Virus record (IMG/VR): IMGVR_UViG_3300028591_000162
Direction: 5' to 3' (one strand)
DNA from: an uncultured virus (IMG/VR IMGVR_UViG_3300028591_000162)
Taxonomy: Duplodnaviria > Heunggongvirae > Uroviricota > Caudoviricetes
DNA: 21,002 nucleotides
In this document: positions 15,075 through 21,002 of the stretch, one piece after another
How positions within the stretch are numbered: position 1 is the stretch's first letter
Layout: each line of letters opens with the position of its first letter
The notes under the pieces: generated by a model
Databases searched by the model: none
Seen by the model: the letters and a program-made list of their open reading frames with translations, nothing else
What the model was told of the DNA's origin: nothing
Program-made: the position numbers and the translations under genes

Positions 15075-16502
15075 ATGGAACTGAAACACAATCTTAAAAT
15101 AGAACCATACCCATACCAGCGTGAGGGTATCATCTTCGGGCTTGACAAACACAGGCTGCTCATCGGTGATGAACCGGGACTTGGTAAGACACTCCAGTCC
15201 ATCGGCATTGTCGATACGGCTAACGCCTACCCTGCGCTCGTTATCTGTCCGTCCTCTCTTAAAATCAACTGGCAGCGTGAGTTTGAGAAGTTCACAAACA
15301 AGAAAGCACTTGTACTTGACAACGCTACACGCACGGCATGGCCGTATTTCCTGCAAATGGGTATGTTCCATGTTGCCATTGTCAATTATGAGAGCCTACG
15401 CAAGTATTTCGTTTGGGACATTAATTCTTCAGACCGTCGTTCTTTCCGTCTCAAAGATGTTGTATTCAATGATGCCATCAAGGTTTTTCGCTCGGTTATC
15501 ATTGACGAAAGCCACCGTGTCAAAGACCCAAGCGCACAGCAGACAATCTTCACACGGGGCATTGTTGAGGGCAAGGACTTTCGTATTCTCCTTTCGGGTA
15601 CGCCTGTGGTAAATCGAGCAGAAGACTTGGTTTCCCAACTCTCCATCATGGGCAGGTTACAGGAGTTTGGAGGTCGTGGCAAGTTTCTCGCTGACTATGG
15701 GGAGAATGACAACCTTGAAGAACTGTCACAGCAACTCTACCGCCGCTGCATGATACGACGTGAAAAGGCAAAGGTGCTGACGCAACTGCCCGACAAGACA
15801 CGCACAGACCTCTATGTGGAAATATCCAATCGTGAGGAATACGAACTTGCAGCAGAAGACCTTGCCGAGTACCTGCGTCAATATAAGGAGTGCTCCGATT
15901 GGGAGATACGTCGCAAGATGCGCATGGAGGCTCTTGTCAAGTTCATGACACTGCGCTCGCTCTCTGCCAAGGGTAAGGTAAAGCAAGCCATTGACTTTGT
16001 TCGCGTTTTCCTTGCATCCGGCAAACCACTCATCCTGTTCTGCTCACTCCATGAGATTGTAGATGAACTGTGCAAGGCTTTTCCTGATGCTGTACGCGTA
16101 ACAGGGCGCGATAATGCCACATCGAAGCAACAAGCCGTTGACAGTTTTCAAAACGGATATAGCCAGTTGATTATCTGCTCAATCAAGGCTGCTGGTGTTG
16201 GACTGACGCTGACGGCATCGTCAAACGTGGCTTTCGTAGAATTTCCTTGGACTTATGCCGACTGCTGCCAGTGCGAAGACAGAGCGCACCGTATTGGACA
16301 AAAAGATAACGTGACGTGTTACTACCTCATCGGTCGCCATACCATCGACCGTGCGCTCTACGACATCATCCACAAGAAAAAGTCCATTGCTAACCAAATC
16401 ATGGCTGCTGACGATGAGATACCTACCGACGAAATGTATTTCAACGAACTGGCTTCTATGATACTCAACCCAGACAATGACGATGGAGATATGCAAGACT
16501 GA
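15075..16502 (+). CDS. SNF2-family helicase/ATPase
   Basis: GDEPGLGKT (I), IIDESH (II), LSGTP (III), AAGVGLTL (V), QCEDRAHRIGQ (VI). Confidence 0.92.
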   Translation: MELKHNLKIEPYPYQREGIIFGLDKHRLLIGDEPGLGKTLQSIGIVDTANAYPALVICPSSLKINWQREFEKFTNKKALVLDNATRTAWPYFLQMGMFHVAIVNYESLRKYFVWDINSSDRRSFRLKDVVFNDAIKVFRSVIIDESHRVKDPSAQQTIFTRGIVEGKDFRILLSGTPVVNRAEDLVSQLSIMGRLQEFGGRGKFLADYGENDNLEELSQQLYRRCMIRREKAKVLTQLPDKTRTDLYVEISNREEYELAAEDLAEYLRQYKECSDWEIRRKMRMEALVKFMTLRSLSAKGKVKQAIDFVRVFLASGKPLILFCSLHEIVDELCKAFPDAVRVTGRDNATSKQQAVDSFQNGYSQLIICSIKAAGVGLTLTASSNVAFVEFPWTYADCCQCEDRAHRIGQKDNVTCYYLIGRHTIDRALYDIIHKKKSIANQIMAADDEIPTDEMYFNELASMILNPDNDDGDMQD

Positions 16503-16656
16503 CATCAAAGCAATCATCGGTTTTCTCGATGATGCGGCAACGCTCGTAGATGAGGAATGCCAACGGCGAAGCCAGCAGAAACGCGGCTACCTGCTGATGC
16601 TCAACAAGGCAAGGCTCATGCGACTAATGAAACAGAAACTTGAACGTAAATTATAA
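16483..16656 (+). CDS. Small hypothetical protein (not in ORF track)
   Basis: MEICKTDIKAIIGFLDDAATLVDEECQRRSQQKRGYLLMLNKARLMRLMKQKLERKL; fills the gap between the helicase and HU. Confidence 0.65.
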   Translation: MEICKTDIKAIIGFLDDAATLVDEECQRRSQQKRGYLLMLNKARLMRLMKQKLERKL

Positions 16657-16675
16657 ACTCTAAAAATTTGAAGTT

Positions 16676-16975
16676 ATGACAAGAAAAGAAATCGCAAAGG
16701 AACTGGCAAATCGTTCCAACCTCACCCCGTCACAGGCTACTCACGCCGTAGAGGGTATCATTGAAATTATTGAAGACGCACTCGCCAAGGATGAACCAAT
16801 CTTGTTGCGTGGCTTCGGCACAATCAAGACAGTGCAGCGTGCAGCCAAGCCAGCACGAAACATCAGCAAAGGCACAACGATGATGCTGCCACCTACCAAG
16901 CAAGTGAAATTCATCGCCTACAACGAACTTAAAGAACGTATCAACCATCATGGACGTTACGCAATTCTTCCGTAA
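16676..16975 (+). CDS. HU/IHF-family DNA-binding protein
   Basis: MTRKEIAKELA...LRGFGTI...ARNISKGTTM...VKF pattern. Confidence 0.9.
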   Translation: MTRKEIAKELANRSNLTPSQATHAVEGIIEIIEDALAKDEPILLRGFGTIKTVQRAAKPARNISKGTTMMLPPTKQVKFIAYNELKERINHHGRYAILP

Positions 16976-17300
16976 GGGAAACAACAAGTACCATGCGCAG
17001 AAATCGGGTGGCTATGCCTCGCGCAAGGAACACAGACGCGCCAACGAATTGCGACTGATGCAACGAGCAGGGCTTATCTCCAATCTGCGTGAACAGGTTT
17101 CCTACGAACTCATACCGGCACAACGAGGTGCCGATGGCAAAGTGCTTGAACGTGCCTGTAACTACATCGCTGATTTTGTCTATACCGACAAGGACGGAAA
17201 GACGGTGGTCGAGGACACAAAGGGAATGAGAACTGATGTGTACCGCATCAAGCGGAAACTCATGTTGCATGTTCACGGCATAAGAATTTCAGAACGATAA
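16950..17300 (+). CDS. DUF1064-family PD-(D/E)XK nuclease (putative resolvase)
   Basis: NKYHA...ASRKE...LREQVSYELIP...YIADFVY...VVEDTKGMRTDVYRIKRKLM. Confidence 0.85.
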   Translation: MDVTQFFRKGNNKYHAQKSGGYASRKEHRRANELRLMQRAGLISNLREQVSYELIPAQRGADGKVLERACNYIADFVYTDKDGKTVVEDTKGMRTDVYRIKRKLMLHVHGIRISER

Positions 17301-17312
17301 AAACTTGACGAT

Positions 17313-18071
17313 ATGGCTACGCGGCAAATAAAATCAACAAATTATTTCTCCCACGATAGTAATGCACGCAACGATGAGAAACTGGTGCGACTGCGCATGA
17401 AGCAAGGGGCAGCAGGGTATGGCGTGTATTTCATGATACTGGAGCGGTTGAGGGAGGAAGCCGACTACATGAGTGCCAAAGATTATAACATGATAGCCTT
17501 TGACCTTCGTGTGGATGCTGCCATTGTCAAGTCAGTTGTTGAGGACTTCGGGCTATTTACCTTTACCGATGATGGTAAGTGTTTCTATTCGGAAAGTTTC
17601 ACTCGACGTATGGACATCAAGGACACACTGCGCCGTCAGCGTTCCGAGGGTGGTAAGATTGGTATGAAAAATCGTTGGAAAAAAGAACAGGGGAAACAGG
17701 ACAAAGAAGTTAAGCCACAACCGAAAGCGGCTTCTGCGCCAACGACACAACCAGCCGACAACCAAACCTGTCTCAAACGCTTCTTTGGCAAAGAGAACGC
17801 CAGTAACCTTGAAGTGTTGCTAATGAACTTCGGACTGAAACCCGACGACATTACAATGATACGCAAGGTAGCAAAGGAGGTTGTCGCTGAATGGGAGATT
17901 TCCAAGAAAGAACATACCGACTACACCGACTGGTCTCAACATCTTATCGCCACAATGCGCATTAAGGTTAAAGACAAGCAACAGGCAAAGGGTAAGACCG
18001 CCACGGAAACAGTTCCGCCATCAACTGCCGACTATCAGTATGACGGTGGCTTTGGAAGCAAAGATGTATAA
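17313..18071 (+). CDS. DUF4373 (Lin1244-like) phage replication initiator
   Basis: YFSHDSNARNDEKLVRLRMKQGAAGYGVYFMILERL N-terminal domain; immediately upstream of a DnaC-like ATPase. Confidence 0.8.
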   Translation: MATRQIKSTNYFSHDSNARNDEKLVRLRMKQGAAGYGVYFMILERLREEADYMSAKDYNMIAFDLRVDAAIVKSVVEDFGLFTFTDDGKCFYSESFTRRMDIKDTLRRQRSEGGKIGMKNRWKKEQGKQDKEVKPQPKAASAPTTQPADNQTCLKRFFGKENASNLEVLLMNFGLKPDDITMIRKVAKEVVAEWEISKKEHTDYTDWSQHLIATMRIKVKDKQQAKGKTATETVPPSTADYQYDGGFGSKDV

Positions 18072-18082
18072 CTCTCACAACT

Positions 18083-18883
18083 ATGACAATGGAAGAACAG
18101 AAACAACTGACAGAGGAACAAAAGCGTGAGGCACAACAGAAAGCGGCTCTCGCACGGATGCACATCAGCACACTCAACCAATGCGTGGAACGTGCATGGA
18201 AAAAGATGCAGCAGGAAAAAGAGAAGTCACAAGACCTTTCCATCAAGGAAGTGTTTGACGCTCATGCCAAAACGCTAATGTGGGTGGCAAACAACGTAGT
18301 GTTGGCTCACCAGCGACGCAAGTTCGTGGTCGATGATAACAACCGGGACGTGCTGCGCTTCTTGCTCTACTACTTCAACGGCTGTCCGCTCGCTGAAGAT
18401 GTGTTCCCCGGACGTGGCTATAAACTGCACAAGCATATCATGTTGCAAGGGGCTGTCGGAACTGGTAAGACATTGCTCATGCAAGTATTTTCGGAGTACC
18501 TGCACATTACAGACAACCCTCGTTTCTTCCATAACCTTTCCGTAACGCAGATGGTGAACTACTACACGCTGCACAACAACCTCGACCGCTACACTTTCAA
18601 TGAGGAGGAAAACAAGGGGTTCAAGTGTGAACCGGTAAACATCTGCCTCAACGACATCGGCGTACAATCTACCAAGTTCTACGGCACGGACACCGAAACA
18701 CTCACTAACGAGTTTCTTCATGCTCGCAACGAGATTTGGACGCAATACCACAAAATGGCACATCTTACAACCAACCTCACTAACGAGCAACTGAAACAGA
18801 AGTACAGGGATGGCTTCGGGCGACTGCTCGACCGCTTCAAGACCTACAACATTATCCCACTCACAGGGGATAGCCGGAGATAA
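18083..18883 (+). CDS. DnaC/IstB-like P-loop ATPase (helicase loader)
   Basis: Walker A GAVGTGKT, Walker B-like ICLNDIG, HLTTNL, RLLDR, GDSRR. Confidence 0.82.
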   Translation: MTMEEQKQLTEEQKREAQQKAALARMHISTLNQCVERAWKKMQQEKEKSQDLSIKEVFDAHAKTLMWVANNVVLAHQRRKFVVDDNNRDVLRFLLYYFNGCPLAEDVFPGRGYKLHKHIMLQGAVGTGKTLLMQVFSEYLHITDNPRFFHNLSVTQMVNYYTLHNNLDRYTFNEEENKGFKCEPVNICLNDIGVQSTKFYGTDTETLTNEFLHARNEIWTQYHKMAHLTTNLTNEQLKQKYRDGFGRLLDRFKTYNIIPLTGDSRR

Positions 18884-18917
18884 TTCACTTATTATTCACC
18901 AATAAAATCAAAACAGT

Positions 18918-19178
18918 ATGACAAAAGATTTCATTCCCGAACTCCAACCGCTGTTCTGCTCTCGCGCTTCACTGCTGCAAGCACAGGACAAGTTGACGAA
19001 CAATCCCGACATGGATTGTCAAATGCGCCTACGTTTCGCAGATGGCTCGGAAGTCGCGCTCAAAATCAAGCGTGCCGACATTGAGAACATCATCACGGAA
19101 CACATCGGCACTATTGAAACCAGCATACACAAAACGCTGGACGAGATTGTAACAGAAGAAACAAACCAAAACCAGTAA
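18918..19178 (+). CDS. Hypothetical protein
   Basis: 86-aa ORF with A-rich leader, in operon. Confidence 0.7.
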   Translation: MTKDFIPELQPLFCSRASLLQAQDKLTNNPDMDCQMRLRFADGSEVALKIKRADIENIITEHIGTIETSIHKTLDEIVTEETNQNQ

Positions 19179-19181
19179 GTC

Positions 19182-19619
19182 ATGAACAGTTATTTTGAAG
19201 TCGGAGTCCGCTACGACAAGACAATGGAAGACGGTGTTATCCGCAAGGTAACAGAGAACTACCTTTTGGATGCTCTCTCTTTCACAGAAGCGGAAAAGCG
19301 TGCCACTGAGGAAATGGAAGCCTACATCAGCGGAGAGTTCAGAGTGGTAACAGAGAAAATTACCAACATCGCAGAGGTGGTTACTACGACCGATACGTCT
19401 GCCGACAAGTTTTACAAGGTCAAGCACAGCCTCATCACCATTGACGAGAAGACCGCCAAAGAGAAGAAGCAAGCGCAGTATATCATCATTCAAGCATCAA
19501 GTGTTGATGATGCACGCGACCGCTACAAACAGCACATCAAAGGATGGCTCGTTGACGTGGTACTGGAGGCTGTCAGCGAAACAAAGTACATGGATTATTT
19601 CCCTTATAACAACAATTAA
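19182..19619 (+). CDS. DUF4494-family protein
   Basis: YFEVGVRYDKTMEDG...KVTENYLLDALSFTEAE...IDEKTAKEKK...ETKYMDYF pattern. Confidence 0.85.
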   Translation: MNSYFEVGVRYDKTMEDGVIRKVTENYLLDALSFTEAEKRATEEMEAYISGEFRVVTEKITNIAEVVTTTDTSADKFYKVKHSLITIDEKTAKEKKQAQYIIIQASSVDDARDRYKQHIKGWLVDVVLEAVSETKYMDYFPYNNN

Positions 19620-19632
19620 AAATCAAAAGACA

Positions 19633-20085
19633 ATGAAAACAAATTTCTTTGAGAGAAATGGTATCGCAGTGTTTTACGCTCTGCAAGTGTTGTTCATCCT
19701 GCTCGCCATCGCCGAGGCTTATTGCCACCGTTGGCTGGGCGTCGTCTCTAACCTCGTCATGGTTCTCGCTATTGCCGTGTTCATCACTCACGTTCGTATG
19801 AGCATCAGGCGCAAAGGTACTATCTCTATGTTGATGGACTTGGTGGTACTGATTGCCCATAGTAAGGTGCAGGAGCAAGAGAATAAGGAAGACAAGCAGT
19901 CAACCGAGGAAGAAGTTGCTGCAAAGCAACAGATGCTTGACAGCCTTGTCGGTCTCACCATTGTGAAGACAGGTCACTGCGACACTTGCCCGAATGAGAA
20001 GTCCGACTGCAAGAAACTTATCCTTGCCGACGGCTCGCACATCTGCGTGAAAGACATGACTAAACAACCCTCTAAAGCACAGTAA
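19633..20085 (+). CDS. Membrane protein with Cys/His-rich C-terminus
   Basis: Start at MKTNFF (19633); two TM helices; C-terminal HCDTC...C...HIC. Confidence 0.7.
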   Translation: MKTNFFERNGIAVFYALQVLFILLAIAEAYCHRWLGVVSNLVMVLAIAVFITHVRMSIRRKGTISMLMDLVVLIAHSKVQEQENKEDKQSTEEEVAAKQQMLDSLVGLTIVKTGHCDTCPNEKSDCKKLILADGSHICVKDMTKQPSKAQ

Positions 20086-20087
20086 CC

Positions 20088-20723
20088 ATGAGTAAAGAAA
20101 TAACTATCCCTGTTCCCGACGGCAAACGTGCCGAGTGGATTAACGGTGTTCTTACACTCGTTGACGAGCAGAAAGTAGAAAACCGTCCTGTAACAGAACG
20201 TATCAAGACGCTTGATGATGCCTGCAATGCGCTGGGCGATGAGCATCCGCTTGTCACACAATACCGTCTTACCGCTGCCGCATATAAAGGCGACCCCATG
20301 ACGGAAGATTTCATTGCTTACCTCAAACTCCGTATCATCGTTGCTGCCCTCAATGAGGGCTGGGAACCGAAGTTCACAGAAGATGAGTATAGATACTTCC
20401 CTTGGTTCTACTTCTATACCAAAGAGGAGTACGACAAGTTAGACGACGAGGAAAAAGGGCGTTGTGTTCTTCGCTCCGGCGGCGGCACGAACTCGAGCAG
20501 CGGCTTCGTGAACTGCTACGCGAATAACGTTGCTTCGAACTCGAACACCAACGACGGCTCGCGGCTTGCCTTCAGAACTCGTGAACTCGCAGCCTACGCA
20601 GGTAGGCAATTCATCGAGGAATGGGCTGACTTTATGTTTAAGCCTCGCACTGGCGAGGAGTTAAACGGAAAGTCAGAAGCAGGGAAAACCACCATCGACT
20701 TCAACAACAAAGAAGATGAATAA
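20088..20723 (+). CDS. DGR target-type protein (C-type-lectin-like variable region)
   Basis: 211 aa, no signal peptide; RCVLRSG...GSRLAF motif enclosing an Asn/Ser/Gly-rich segment. Confidence 0.8.
   Translation: MSKEITIPVPDGKRAEWINGVLTLVDEQKVENRPVTERIKTLDDACNALGDEHPLVTQYRLTAAAYKGDPMTEDFIAYLKLRIIVAALNEGWEPKFTEDEYRYFPWFYFYTKEEYDKLDDEEKGRCVLRSGGGTNSSSGFVNCYANNVASNSNTNDGSRLAFRTRELAAYAGRQFIEEWADFMFKPRTGEELNGKSEAGKTTIDFNNKEDE
20457..20573 (+). repeat. Putative DGR variable repeat (VR)
   Basis: 39 consecutive codons with none ending in A; 7 AAY codons plus AAC-derivable GGC/AGC/TAC/GAC; ends in GGCTCGCGGCTTGCC. Confidence 0.72.
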
Positions 20724-20913
20724 CGGACGCTTACAATTCTTCAACCTTGTAAAGGCTATGCGTGAGGCGCAAAGGGAATACTTCTCTACGCGCTCTCACG
20801 AAGCCTTACAAAAGGCTCGCTCACTTGAACGTAGTGTTGATGCCTACATCAAGCGTGGCGACGATTACCTTAAAAAACAAAATCAAGAACCAACTTTATT
20901 CGATAATGACTGA
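20716..20913 (+). CDS. Small hypothetical protein
   Basis: 65 aa (FFNLVKAMREAQREYFSTRS...LERSVD); overlaps both neighbours. Confidence 0.75.
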   Translation: MNNGRLQFFNLVKAMREAQREYFSTRSHEALQKARSLERSVDAYIKRGDDYLKKQNQEPTLFDND

Positions 20914-21002
20914 TAATATTAAACTCCTATATATAGACCTGTTCTGTGGGGCTGGCGGCACCAGTACAGGTGTTGAAAAGGCAACCTTTCACGGTGATAA
21001 GT
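20906..21002 (+). CDS. C5 DNA cytosine methyltransferase (5' fragment)
   Basis: MTDNIKLLYIDLFCGAGGTSTG: SAM-binding motif I (DLFxGxGG); truncated by the window edge. Confidence 0.85.
   Translation, partial: MTDNIKLLYIDLFCGAGGTSTGVEKATFHGDK

Larger units (their letters stand above)
1..21002. mobile_element. Temperate Bacteroidales phage genome segment
   Basis: Integrase, repressor, recombination/replication and virion-ejection modules are contiguous; no host housekeeping genes. Confidence 0.92.

Overview
The whole window is one temperate phage of a Bacteroidales host (Prevotella/Bacteroides-like, inferred from TAnnTTTG promoters and DUF4373/DUF4494-type genes); I recognise no host chromosomal genes. 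Left arm (minus strand): two probable DNA-ejection/internal virion genes, then a giant ORF of >1726 codons missing from the ORF track, with a ddrB-like ParB domain, running off the left edge. Middle: a stand-alone probable small terminase, an intergenic origin-like element (11-bp iterons, A-rich tract, palindrome), a tyrosine integrase, an apparently intact attP, two lysogeny cargo genes, an XRE repressor and a switch region with three operators and face-to-face promoters. Right arm (plus strand): an early operon with excisionase-like HTH, RecT, RecE-like nuclease, SNF2 helicase, HU, DUF1064, DUF4373 initiator, DnaC-like loader, DUF4494 and the start of a C5 DNA methyltransferase. The most striking signal is a diversity-generating retroelement (DGR) variable repeat with a downstream hairpin inside a small cytoplasmic early gene (20088-20723), with no template repeat or reverse transcriptase visible in the window. 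All family assignments are motif recognition by eye, not database searches.
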